A DNA stretch of 47,644 nt from Bacillota bacterium (GTDB lineage: Bacteria > Bacillota > Sulfobacillia > RBS10-35 > JAJYVN01), in assembly GCA_021791995.1 (NCBI GenBank), contig JAJYVN010000002.1, positions 1-47,644 on the forward strand. Direction: 5' to 3'. The translations under genes and the position numbers were made by a program. Position 1 is the first letter of the stretch. The number at the start of each line of letters is the position of its first letter. The notes below the pieces were generated by a model. The model did no database searches and was not told the origin of the DNA. It saw only the letters and a program-made list of their open reading frames with translations. Below, piece after piece: positions 7,757 through 16,146 of the stretch.

Positions 7757-9187
7757 TCACAGGTCCGCAAACACCTCGGTAGCCGCCTGGTCGTCCGGCC
7801 CCACGATCGCCCATACGCGATCGGACCAGCGGTCAAGCTCGGCCGGGGTCCCGTCCAGCAGGATCGACATGATCCGGATCGCCTTAGCGGCCTTGGCGGC
7901 CATCAGACGCTGGTAGAACTCGTCGGAGACGGCGCACTCCCCGTCTGTCACCATCACGATGTCGGCGGACTTGAACGCGGCCTCGGCCTGTACGTCGAGA
8001 GCCCAGCCGAGTGGCTGCTCGAAGTCCGTGCCACCGTCCGCGCCTACGGTCGCAAACGCCAGGATGTCGCGCGGGTCATAGGGCTCCTTGTGCAGGAACC
8101 GGAAGGTCTGAAGCTCGGATCCCGGCCCCCGGAAGTACGCCGCCGCGAAGTCGCGCTTCTGGCTTCGGGCGATGTCGAGGAGTGCCAGGCCGACGGCCGC
8201 GGCCCAGTCGATCTTCTCCCCGCCCATAGACCCGGACGCGTCGATGAGACAGATGATTGGCCCCTTGGCGTTCTTCGGCCGCGGCCGGAGTTCGTACTCG
8301 AGCAGCCCACGTTCGAGGTAGCGCCGCCCGAAGTCGAGGCGGCGGAGCGGGTGCCCCAGCGCCGCGAGTTCCGTAGGCAGAACGTGCTCCAGGTCACTCC
8401 CCATGGTGACCGAGTGGAGTTCGTCCGCATGCCGGCGCAGCTTCTGGCGTTGCTGGGCCCGCCCAAGGTTTCGCATCCGGCCGATGAGCTCCGCCATCCT
8501 GCGGAACCGCTCGGTCGAGAGCTGCGCGGCGAACTGCAGGCGATCGCCGACCGGGATCCGGTGCATCTGCCCTGGGTCAAGGCCCCACGACGCCATCGCC
8601 TGCTGAGCCTGCTCGGCCGCCTGCGTGGCTTGTTGAGCCGCTTGGCGCGCCGCCTTGTTGACGACGCTCTGACCTTGCTGCATGGCCTGCCGTAGCTTCT
8701 GGGCCGCCTCCAGGGCCTGCTGGCGATACTCGGGGCTGCCGGGCGGCGCACCGTTCTGTACGGCGTCGCTGAAGTCCCGCATGGCCTGGTTGAGGCGCTG
8801 GTCCTTCTGGATGACCTCGACCATCTTCTTGGCGGCTTCAAGTGCCGCCAAGGCGGAGATCGTCTCGTCCAGCATCGTGTAGGAACGGGTCTGCTCTGTG
8901 GCCGGCTCCTCGAGGAGTTGCTGCACGAGTTCACGGTTAGCGAGGTGCGCAGGTTCCACGTCCGCCTCGTCACGCATGGTCGGCTGGGGCTTGTAGAAGG
9001 TGTTGAACACGTCCTGCATGAGGGGAGGCCACGTCGGCGTCCTCTCGGTGCCCTCCTGGTTCAGGGCCTGGATCGCTTCCGAGTTTTCGGCCATGTCCCC
9101 CCACAGGAGGCGGTCGGCGGCCGAGGTCTCGACGTTCTGCGTAGCAAGGGAGTCCTGGCCGATGGCTTCCTGTAGCCATCCGATCAC
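7757..9187 (-). CDS. von Willebrand factor A (VWA) domain protein (476 aa)
   Basis: GTG 9187 follows GGGGAGGGG. MIDAS motif DxSxS in PIICLIDASGSMGGEK, with the later block DIVMVTDGE. The Gln/Ala-rich helical N-terminal half resembles CobT/CoxE-type partners of MoxR ATPases. Confidence 0.85.
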   Translation of the reverse strand: MIGWLQEAIGQDSLATQNVETSAADRLLWGDMAENSEAIQALNQEGTERTPTWPPLMQDVFNTFYKPQPTMRDEADVEPAHLANRELVQQLLEEPATEQTRSYTMLDETISALAALEAAKKMVEVIQKDQRLNQAMRDFSDAVQNGAPPGSPEYRQQALEAAQKLRQAMQQGQSVVNKAARQAAQQATQAAEQAQQAMASWGLDPGQMHRIPVGDRLQFAAQLSTERFRRMAELIGRMRNLGRAQQRQKLRRHADELHSVTMGSDLEHVLPTELAALGHPLRRLDFGRRYLERGLLEYELRPRPKNAKGPIICLIDASGSMGGEKIDWAAAVGLALLDIARSQKRDFAAAYFRGPGSELQTFRFLHKEPYDPRDILAFATVGADGGTDFEQPLGWALDVQAEAAFKSADIVMVTDGECAVSDEFYQRLMAAKAAKAIRIMSILLDGTPAELDRWSDRVWAIVGPDDQAATEVFADL

Positions 9188-9200
9188 GTGAACCCCTCCC

Positions 9201-10331
9201 CTACGCGACCTTGAGGCAGACCTTGAGTACCTCGGCGTTCATCGCCTGCACCTGGGATAGCGCGTCCTCCAGGGACTGCGTGCTCTTGGCGTCGGTCTTG
9301 GCCTCCTGGATCGCCGCCTCGAGCTTGCGCATGACGCTCTTGAACGCCTTGGTCGCCTCGACGCCGGCGCTCGTCTGCTGGTCCTCGGGCGCCGCCAGAG
9401 CCCCGCGGTGGACCTCCACGGCCTGGTCGAGCAGGTCCTCGGCCTGGCTGTCGTAGGGCGACACCAAGGAGTACACCGTCTTGCGCACGGTCGGGTACTG
9501 CACGGGCTCGGACCACAGGACGGGCACCAGCACCCGGAGATCGCTGACGTCCGCCTGGATGCGACCGTTCATCCACGCCTCGGCGCGCACGACGTCCATG
9601 GCGCCGTACCAGCGCCGGTCGGATACCATGACCCCGAGCTCGCGCATCTTGGCACGAAGGTCGAGGACCTGGGGGATCACCGGGTCGATGGACACCTGGG
9701 CGACTTCGCTCTGGGCCGTGTGCAGGTCTGTCAGCGCGATCGTCGTCGGCTGGATCTGCCCCGCCCCCGCGAGGAGCTTCGAGAAGTTCGAGGCGTCCCG
9801 GATGTAGTCCACCATGAACCGGAGCATGAACCGGTCCCACAGAGCACCGAGTTCCTCCCGGTCCTCGGGGAGCTCGTTGGAGGCGCCGACCACCATCTCG
9901 AGGGGCACCTGCATGGGCTGGCCGTCGTTGTGGAAGACCCGCTCGTTGAGGATCGCCAGCAGGCTGTTCAGGATGGCCGACGACCCCTTGAACACCTCAT
10001 CGAGGAACCCGATCTGCGCCTCGGGCAGCTTGTTTGTCGTGATGCGACGGTAGGAGTCCTGCTCGAGGCCCTTGAGGCTGATCGGGCCGAAGAGCTCCTC
10101 GAGGGTGCTCATGCGCGTGAGCAGCCACTCGAAGTAGGTCCCGCCGATGCGGCTGGTGAGATCCCGGCTGAGGCCGGACTTGTCGGCTCCGGGCGGGCCG
10201 AGCAGTACGACGTGAAGCCTGGTCAGAAGGGCCAGAATCATGCCGCGGATGACGTCGCGGCGCTCGAAGTGGCGGGCACCGAGCTCGCGTTCGATGGCCA
10301 GAATGGAGTCGCGGATCGCCAACGGGGACAC
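9201..10331 (-). CDS. MoxR-family AAA+ ATPase (376 aa)
   Basis: Walker A is VVLLGPPGADKSG and Walker B is IGFLDEVFKGSSAILNSLLAILNERVF. It lies immediately upstream of the VWA gene. Start is uncertain: GTG 10331 abuts AAGGAG, and TTG 10322 has better spacing. Confidence 0.85.
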   Translation of the reverse strand: MSPLAIRDSILAIERELGARHFERRDVIRGMILALLTRLHVVLLGPPGADKSGLSRDLTSRIGGTYFEWLLTRMSTLEELFGPISLKGLEQDSYRRITTNKLPEAQIGFLDEVFKGSSAILNSLLAILNERVFHNDGQPMQVPLEMVVGASNELPEDREELGALWDRFMLRFMVDYIRDASNFSKLLAGAGQIQPTTIALTDLHTAQSEVAQVSIDPVIPQVLDLRAKMRELGVMVSDRRWYGAMDVVRAEAWMNGRIQADVSDLRVLVPVLWSEPVQYPTVRKTVYSLVSPYDSQAEDLLDQAVEVHRGALAAPEDQQTSAGVEATKAFKSVMRKLEAAIQEAKTDAKSTQSLEDALSQVQAMNAEVLKVCLKVA

Positions 10332-10388
10332 CTCCTTGGAATGAAACAGGGCGCCCGAAGGCGCCTGCTACCCGATCGCGGACACTCG

Positions 10389-10445
10389 GCCTCGCGCCTT
10401 GGCCACAGGCAAGGTCTCCCCTTGCCGAAGGCCGAGGCGCGAGGC
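10389..10445. other. 57-nt compound hairpin (16-bp outer stem with one G-T pair, inner GGCAAGG-tctcc-CCTTGCC)
   Basis: GCCTCGCGCCTTGGCC (10389-10404) pairs with GGCCGAGGCGCGAGGC (10430-10445). The inner stem is 10408-10414/10420-10426. It fills the gap between the 269-aa gene stop and the MoxR start. Confidence 0.75.
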
Positions 10446-10448
10446 ACC

Positions 10449-11258
10449 TTACTGGATCCGGTTCAATCCCTCACCCTGCTCTGCCGCAGCGGCCTCGCTC
10501 TCCTCCAATGCCCCGGCCAGACCGAGGCAGCTGCCTTGGTCGAAGACATGGGCCAACGGCGGGAACGGGTGCGGCAGATTCAGGCCGTCGTGTCCCACAC
10601 GCGCCAGGATGGCCAGGCTGCTGATCGCCCGCCCCGACGTGTCACGGGTCACGATTGCGAACTCCGGCGACAGGAACGCAGCCGCCGCGTTTGGTAGCCC
10701 CTTTGCGTAGGTGTACGCCCGATCGGAAGCGAGATCGCCCTCAAAGACAACGACCGCCGATCCGTCGATGAACGATGTCGTGTCGTCGCCGGGGTGCCCC
10801 GCCAGGACGCGCGCGATGTTAAGCGCGGCCGTCTCACGAACCACCTCGAGTGACACCCCAAGCCTCTCCAGGTCTCGGGGAAGTACGAATCGCAGGAAGT
10901 CCTGGCCGTCCACGGCGGCTACGATCCGCAACACGGGAGACAGGTGGTGAAGACTGAGGTACGAGGTATTTGCGCCGGCGACCACGTGCGGTACGATCCG
11001 CTCCCTGATGGCCTCCCATTCCAGAGGCTCTGCGTTGCGGCCCGCGTTCCAGAACCGCGCGAGTTTGCGGGCGATGGCCGCAAGCTCCAGCCCCTGCTCG
11101 TGCATGATCTTGAAGTTTCCCAGATGGACGCTGGCCCGTTCCGTTGCGCCCTTCTCGCCGAGCCAGAGGTCCCCGCTGTCGTGGACGAACTCCACGGGCA
11201 CTCCGAGTTCTCGGTTCACCGCCTCGGCTAGGGCTAGGCCGAACTCGTTATCGTTCAT
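10449..11258 (-). CDS. Hypothetical protein (269 aa)
   Basis: The ATG shares one base with the upstream stop (TGATG), and AGGGAGG lies 6 nt upstream. High third-position G/C. No motif recognised. Confidence 0.7.
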   Translation of the reverse strand: MNDNEFGLALAEAVNRELGVPVEFVHDSGDLWLGEKGATERASVHLGNFKIMHEQGLELAAIARKLARFWNAGRNAEPLEWEAIRERIVPHVVAGANTSYLSLHHLSPVLRIVAAVDGQDFLRFVLPRDLERLGVSLEVVRETAALNIARVLAGHPGDDTTSFIDGSAVVVFEGDLASDRAYTYAKGLPNAAAAFLSPEFAIVTRDTSGRAISSLAILARVGHDGLNLPHPFPPLAHVFDQGSCLGLAGALEESEAAAAEQGEGLNRIQ

Positions 11259-11641
11259 CAGGCGCCTCCCTGGACACAGGAAAGCCGCGCCTCGTTACGC
11301 GGCTCGGCCGTCACGCGATGCTGGGCCCTCATCCACCTGGGGAGTTTGCTGTACTCGTCAGCCTCCAAGAGACGGGCGATGCGCACGGCCCAGGACCAGT
11401 CCACGCACCGCAGGAGCGAGCGTACCCCGACCACGATCTCCACGGTGCCGTCGCCTGCCTCGAAGCACTGCACGGAGGGCAGGCCGTCCGGCCGGCTCGG
11501 CAGTCGCGTCTCGTCGGCCTCGATGAGTCGGCACACACGTTCGGCTGTGTCGCGGTCGTCAGTGTGAGCGATGGTGGCGGTGTCGGCCACAAGGTCCCAC
11601 CCACCACCTTCGGCCGGGAGGATGAGGAGCGTATCGCTCAC
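11258..11641 (-). CDS. Hypothetical protein (127 aa)
   Basis: The GTG start overlaps the clamp gene stop (GTGA at 11638-11641). Acidic protein with no motif recognised. Confidence 0.6.
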   Translation of the reverse strand: MSDTLLILPAEGGGWDLVADTATIAHTDDRDTAERVCRLIEADETRLPSRPDGLPSVQCFEAGDGTVEIVVGVRSLLRCVDWSWAVRIARLLEADEYSKLPRWMRAQHRVTAEPRNEARLSCVQGGA

Positions 11642-12750
11642 GACGCTACGGCCTCCTCACCCGGATCGACTCGCCGGATGGCGGCGGGCATGATCGGCAT
11701 GACCACCGCCGAGCCCTGCTCGTCGCTCGAAAGCCGTCCGGCGTGTTCCGCGTCGATCATCTCGAACGTCACGTTCTCCCCGTCGAGGTGCGACAGCGCC
11801 GCGGTCAGAAAGGCCGGGTTGAAGTGAATCGTCCCTTCGCCCGACACCTCGGCCGCCAGTACCTCACGCGTCGCCCCCGCCGGTCCAAACGACTCCAGCG
11901 TGATCCCTTCGGACGACAGCCGCAGGGTCACGTACTCCTCGGCCGTCAGGCCGACACGCACCAGCGCGGTGCGCAGATCCGAGGACCGGCAGACAGCCCT
12001 GGAGGCATACTCGGCCGGCAGGCGGGATTCGACGTCCGGGTACGCGCCGGCCGGTACACGGCTGTAAAGGCGGGTGCTCTTCCAGACCGCGGTTACCCCG
12101 TGCTCATCCCAGCCCAGGCGCACCCGCTCAGCGTCACACAGGCGAGCGATCATCCCCAGCGCATCGGTAGGCACGACAATGCCTGCCTCAGCCACGCCCT
12201 GAGCGTCCGCGGTGTAGCTGGCCACGCGATGCCGGTCGGTGGCGAGGAACCGAACCTCGCCTCCCGACACCGCTACCCGCACACCCGAGGTCGCGGAGGC
12301 GAGGTCCGCCCGGTCCGCGGCGTAGGCGACGCGCTCGAAGCCGTGCCGCAGGGTCTCGCCCGCTATCTCGATGCTCGTCCTGGCGAATGGCGGCTTCGGA
12401 AAGTCCACGTCCGGCACCGTACCCAGGCGAGCTTCACCCCCGACGTACCGCACGAGTGCACCGCCATCCTCGCCCTCGAGCGTCACGTCGCCTGACACGC
12501 TCTTGACAAGCTCGTGCAGCAACTCCGCGCCGATGACGCAGGCACCCGGCTCATACGGTCCATCGCCTGTGCGCTGCAGGGTGATTTCGAGGCCCTGGAT
12601 CATGTTGAAGGCGGTGAAACGAATGGCGTCTGGCTTCACCTGTGTGAGCACGCCCGATAGCACCGGCAGGGCACTACTCGCCCGGTGGGCCACCTGAGCC
12701 AGGGCGGCAAGCGCTGGAGCCAAGACCGAACTGGGCATGGTAAATCGCAC
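11638..12750 (-). CDS. dnaN: DNA polymerase III beta sliding-clamp paralog (about 370 aa)
   Basis: The three-domain clamp-like sequence begins VRFTMPSSVLAPALAALAQVAHRASSALPVLSGVLTQVKPDAIRFTAFNMIQGLEITLQ. I set the start at GTG 12750, 5 nt after GAGGAGGG (ATG 12738 is an alternative). The longer track ORF is an Arg/Ser-rich extension. Confidence 0.8.
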   Translation of the reverse strand: MRFTMPSSVLAPALAALAQVAHRASSALPVLSGVLTQVKPDAIRFTAFNMIQGLEITLQRTGDGPYEPGACVIGAELLHELVKSVSGDVTLEGEDGGALVRYVGGEARLGTVPDVDFPKPPFARTSIEIAGETLRHGFERVAYAADRADLASATSGVRVAVSGGEVRFLATDRHRVASYTADAQGVAEAGIVVPTDALGMIARLCDAERVRLGWDEHGVTAVWKSTRLYSRVPAGAYPDVESRLPAEYASRAVCRSSDLRTALVRVGLTAEEYVTLRLSSEGITLESFGPAGATREVLAAEVSGEGTIHFNPAFLTAALSHLDGENVTFEMIDAEHAGRLSSDEQGSAVVMPIMPAAIRRVDPGEEAVAS

Positions 12751-12764
12751 AAGAGCCCTCCTCT

Positions 12765-12798
12765 CGAAAGCAAAATGGGCTGCCTTCACAGGCAGCCC
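12765..12798 (-). terminator. Rho-independent terminator or attenuator upstream of the clamp gene
   Basis: The minus strand reads GGGCTGCC-tgtgaa-GGCAGCCC followed by ATTTTGCTTT. It lies 50 nt after the zinc-ribbon gene stop. Confidence 0.6.
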
Positions 12799-12847
12799 GC
12801 GTATGGTAGGCGATGGCCTACGGAGCTCAGCCACCCTGGACCGGCGT

Positions 12848-13105
12848 TCAGTCTTCCACGTCGACGACCTCGAACGCACGGAACTCGTGGTGGCACCCGA
12901 GGCAGACGAACGTCCGGGGTCGTCTCGGCCGTTGGCTGTCCCAGTTGACCAACGTCTGCTCACTCCACTCGATCTCGACCTTGCCTCGCGCATTCACGGT
13001 CGGGGTGAGAAGTGCGAGACCTTCGATCACGTCGATCTCCCCGAAGCCCTCATGGTTCTGGTGACAGCTTGGGCAGACCGCATCCTTGCCCATCCGCTGG
13101 CACAT
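12848..13105 (-). CDS. Small zinc-ribbon protein (about 85 aa)
   Basis: Two CxxC pairs (CPSCH ... CLGCH). I prefer ATG 13105, preceded by GGGGGAAGG. ATG 13162 and 13138 are alternatives without an RBS. Confidence 0.55.
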   Translation of the reverse strand: MCQRMGKDAVCPSCHQNHEGFGEIDVIEGLALLTPTVNARGKVEIEWSEQTLVNWDSQRPRRPRTFVCLGCHHEFRAFEVVDVED

Positions 13106-13324
13106 CCTTCCCCCGTGGGTGTCAGTCCGCAGCACCATAGGATCCTGGGTACACCAGGGCATGCACCGGACGCGCGGGCCACAGGCAAGGCGCCAAGCGA
13201 AGCGAGCCTTGCCTAAAGGACCGCGTGTCCGGTATGCAGAGAACCACGCCAACTAACCGGGGCGCCCACCTGGCAGCAGAGCAGCCTGGTGCGCCTCGGC
13301 GCCGTTATAACGCGGACCCTGCCT

Positions 13325-13560
13325 GTTACCCCGACCGTTGTTGAGCCTCGATGATCGCCTCCACGTCTGGAGGCTGCCAACCCGGGGGCTTCAGCACCTT
13401 ACCATCCTCGCGTACGCCACCACCGACCTTGGCCATGTTCGCCGCATGCACCGCCTCGAACACCGGCCGGACGTCGATGTCAAGGGACACTGCCGTGCCG
13501 TCGGTCGGATCACGCCGCCGCGATCGACGCCCACCGCGTCCGCTACATGTTCGACACTAC
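13325..13560 (-). pseudogene. Frameshifted or truncated MazG-like NTP pyrophosphohydrolase remnant
   Basis: One frame ends ...LDIDVRPVFEAVHAANMAKVGGGVREDGKVLKPPGWQPPDVEAIIEAQQRSG*, which is a MazG-type C-terminus (NMxK...DGKVLKP.GW.PPD). The preceding helix (VEHVADAVGVDRGG) is in a different frame. No intact N-terminus is present. Confidence 0.45.
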
Positions 13561-13597
13561 CGCTAATGTCAGGTGCCAGACGCGGCACGGTCGACGA

Positions 13598-13798
13598 TCA
13601 CGAATTAGCTCCTGAGCCCAAGTGTGATGGTTCCGTCTCGGAGCTCTTAACCGGCCTGGTGCGCATAACCCGCAGGACGAGTCGGTCCAGTCTATGAGAT
13701 ACCTCGAGGACCTCGGAATCGGTCAGCGAGCCACACTGCGCGTAACGCTGCTGAAGGAGACTGCGCAGGCGCTCCAACAGACAACGCCTGGGCGCCAT
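13598..13798 (-). CDS. Spo0E-family aspartyl-phosphate phosphatase-like protein (66 aa)
   Basis: ATG 13798 is 4 nt after AAGGAGGGG. Sequence LLERLRSLLQQRYAQCGSLTDSEVLEVSHRLDRLVLRVM matches the Spo0E pattern (l.d.evl.lSqeLDrLi). Confidence 0.65.
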   Translation of the reverse strand: MAPRRCLLERLRSLLQQRYAQCGSLTDSEVLEVSHRLDRLVLRVMRTRPVKSSETEPSHLGSGANS

Positions 13799-13970
13799 GT
13801 GACCCCTCCTTGGGTCAAGATAGGGCCCGTCGACCACGGACGTAGTGTGTACTTTCACAAAGTCGGTTCTTGTCGAGGCCCGTCGGGCTCTACGGCCGCG
13901 TAACCTACCCCGGCTGTCCATGGCGGCCCGGAGCCCCCGTCCGGCCGTAATGGGGCCACCGCCCGGATGG

Positions 13971-14711
13971 TCACTGCCAGAGCCCGAGGTGCCTGGCCCC
14001 GACTAGGACCCACAGAGCGGCCCTCGTGAGAGCCGCGTCAGCCCGGCCGACCATCGTCGAGAGGACCATCACGGCACTCGAGGTATCCCCAGTGCCCCAC
14101 GCCAGCCGGTGAAGCGCGTCGCCGAGTGAGTAGAGAACGACGAGGTCGCGGCCGTTGCTGGCGGCCCTCGGCCCCCCCACAACGACGGACTCGTACTTCC
14201 GCTGCTGGTCCAAGAGCCTGGGCATGAGCCCGAGCGCCCGACGCCGGCTACCGACCCCCGCCGGGTCGACCAGGGCCATCGCCCAGGTACCGAGGATCTC
14301 CTGGCGCAGGTAGCGATCCCACCGCTGAGGAGGCATGGGGTGCGTCTCCGCGTACTGGAGCGCGCTGAACACAGCCGGCCCGTACGCTTCTACGCGGTCC
14401 AGCAAGACTGCGCACCCTGCTAGCGTCGCGGCATCAAGCACACGCCCCGCCGCGTTTGGATGCCGGCTTGCCGTAAGAGCATCCGCGAAGCTGCTCACGG
14501 CCTCGCCCTCGGTGGGGAGATTCAGTGCGCCATGGCCGATCAGCCAGGCCATGACGTTGGTTTCTTCTACTGCGGCCGCCGAGAGCCGACCGAGACGGTC
14601 CTGGTGCTGGTCCCCCGCCGAGCAGTCGCTCACCGTGGCCCCTTCTTTCTCGTAGAGCGTCCTGCGGTGCTGAGCGCGCCAGTGCTCCGCGGTCGGGACG
14701 AGTGCGGACAT
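13971..14711 (-). CDS. Hypothetical protein (246 aa)
   Basis: Third positions are strongly G/C from ATG 14711 (MSALVPTAEHW) to the stop. The upstream 171 codons of the track ORF lack this bias. The RBS is weak. Confidence 0.6.
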   Translation of the reverse strand: MSALVPTAEHWRAQHRRTLYEKEGATVSDCSAGDQHQDRLGRLSAAAVEETNVMAWLIGHGALNLPTEGEAVSSFADALTASRHPNAAGRVLDAATLAGCAVLLDRVEAYGPAVFSALQYAETHPMPPQRWDRYLRQEILGTWAMALVDPAGVGSRRRALGLMPRLLDQQRKYESVVVGGPRAASNGRDLVVLYSLGDALHRLAWGTGDTSSAVMVLSTMVGRADAALTRAALWVLVGARHLGLWQ

Positions 14712-14947
14712 CCCGGGACCACCGACCAGCGCCGGATCCTGGACTTCGCCTTGCCAAACAGGACCCCGATGGTTCCCCACAGTTGGTGGACGCGACGGCG
14801 AACTGCCCCCCCCCTGCCCCCAGTTCCGACAGCAACGCGGCCGGCGCTTGGGACACGACCCCAGTACCGGCCAGGCGTGGAGGGACGCCGCTCGGGATTC
14901 GGGGCGATACCGACCAATGCAGTGCGTGGAAGAGCGGTGCCGGCTCT

Positions 14948-15139
14948 TCAGTGGTCGTCTACCGGCAGGAGTCCGGCCACAGGCGCCGTCAGCAGGCGGA
15001 CCGTCAGCAGGGCCTCTCGAACCGTGAGGCTCCCTCGCTCCAGGACCAAGTCCGGGACATCGTGCCCTCCGACCACCGCGCCCGAGCGGATCACACGGAC
15101 CTCGGTCGTGCCGATCGACACTCCCAAGAGCAGGCTCAC
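14948..15139 (-). CDS. Small ORF (63 aa) resembling the phosphate-1 loop of an actin/Hsp70-fold ATPase; possibly the head of a disrupted gene
   Basis: GTG 15139 follows GAAGGGAGA. Third positions are G/C-rich. It starts MSLLLGVSIGTTEVRVI. It stops after 63 codons, and the following 235 bp has an ambiguous frame and a G9 run. Confidence 0.4.
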   Translation of the reverse strand: MSLLLGVSIGTTEVRVIRSGAVVGGHDVPDLVLERGSLTVREALLTVRLLTAPVAGLLPVDDH

Positions 15140-15172
15140 GAAGAGTTCTCCCTTCGAGGATTGGTGGTAAGG

Positions 15173-15403
15173 CTAGACCACCTCGCGGTGGCCGAGTTCC
15201 TCCGCCACCGCGTCGAAGTCCCACGTCCGGACGTCCAGGTTCTTGTTGCCGGAGACGGCAAACACCGCGTGCGCCGAGGTCAGCGAGAGGTCAAACCGGC
15301 GGTTGAACGCCGCCTCCGCCTCCCGCAAGAGGTCCGGACCGTCCTTGATCAGCACCGACATCACGGTGCCTTGGTAAAAGACGCCGAAGACCCGCACCTT
15401 CAC
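15173..15403 (-). CDS. Hypothetical protein (76 aa)
   Basis: GTG 15403 is 5 nt after GGGAGGAG. No motif recognised. Confidence 0.6.
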   Translation of the reverse strand: MKVRVFGVFYQGTVMSVLIKDGPDLLREAEAAFNRRFDLSLTSAHAVFAVSGNKNLDVRTWDFDAVAEELGHREVV

Positions 15404-15430
15404 CGGTACTCCTCCCTATGAGCCTGGGCT

Positions 15431-15471
15431 CCGCTCAAGGCAGATACACCCTGCCCAGAGCGCAACCCAGG
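15431..15471. repeat. 41-nt hairpin repeat, copy 1 (CCGCTCAAGGCAG-N7-CTGCCCAGAGCGC-NN-CCCAGG)
   Basis: It shares both 13-nt arms and the 6-nt tail with copy 2. The 7-nt loop and the 2 nt before the tail differ. Confidence 0.8.
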
Positions 15472-15603
15472 AGGGCTGCGCACCATGCAGTGCCGAGGGC
15501 TCGCACCTCTCAGCGCCCGGGCATCCCCAGCTCTTCGCTGCACGGTAGGGCGGGTTCGGGACCTCCGTGGAAACCCCGAACCCGCAAGGGATCAACCTGG
15601 ACC

Positions 15604-15644
15604 CCGCTCAAGGCAGGGATCACCTGCCCAGAGCGCGGCCCAGG
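15604..15644. repeat. 41-nt hairpin repeat, copy 2
   Basis: CCGCTCAAGGCAGggatcacCTGCCCAGAGCGCggCCCAGG. A further hairpin GGGTTCGGG-N14-CCCGAACCC (about 15552-15583) lies between the two copies. Confidence 0.8.
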
Positions 15645-15735
15645 TTGGGTCCGCGCGCGCGTAGCCTCGCCTCCGACTACGCGCTGACAGCGAGGGGGCT
15701 CATCCTCCGCCTCCCTCGCCCTGGCCGCGCTGTTC

Positions 15736-16146
15736 CTAGAACGGAACCTCCTCGGCCTCCTGCTCGGCCGGCGGAGCCTCCGCGTCCGACGGGGGCGCGC
15801 CGTCCGCGACCTCGCCGTTGCCCTTCTTCGGGCTGTCGAGGAAGCGAACGTTGTCCGCCACGACCTCGGCGGCCTTGCGCCGCTGGCCGTCCTGGGTCTC
15901 GTAGTTGCGGATCTGCAGTCGGCCGGTGACGGCGACCAGACGCCCCTTCTGGAGGTGACCGGAGACCGTCTCCGCAAGCTTGCGCCACGTGACGATCTCG
16001 ATGAAGTCGACGTCACGCTCACCCTGCTGATTGGAGAACGGGCGGTCGACCGCGAGGGCGAAGTTGGCCACCGCCACGCCCGACGGCGTGTACCTCAGCT
16101 CCGGATCGCGCGTAAGACGCCCGATCAGGATGATCTCGTTCAGCAT
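15736..16146 (-). CDS. ssb: Single-stranded DNA-binding protein (136 aa)
   Basis: OB-fold N-terminus MLNEIILIGRLTRDPELRYTPSGVAVANFALAV...FIEIVTWRKLAE and an acidic tail ending EEVPF. ATG 16146 is 12 nt after AGGAGGTG. Confidence 0.9.
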   Translation of the reverse strand: MLNEIILIGRLTRDPELRYTPSGVAVANFALAVDRPFSNQQGERDVDFIEIVTWRKLAETVSGHLQKGRLVAVTGRLQIRNYETQDGQRRKAAEVVADNVRFLDSPKKGNGEVADGAPPSDAEAPPAEQEAEEVPF

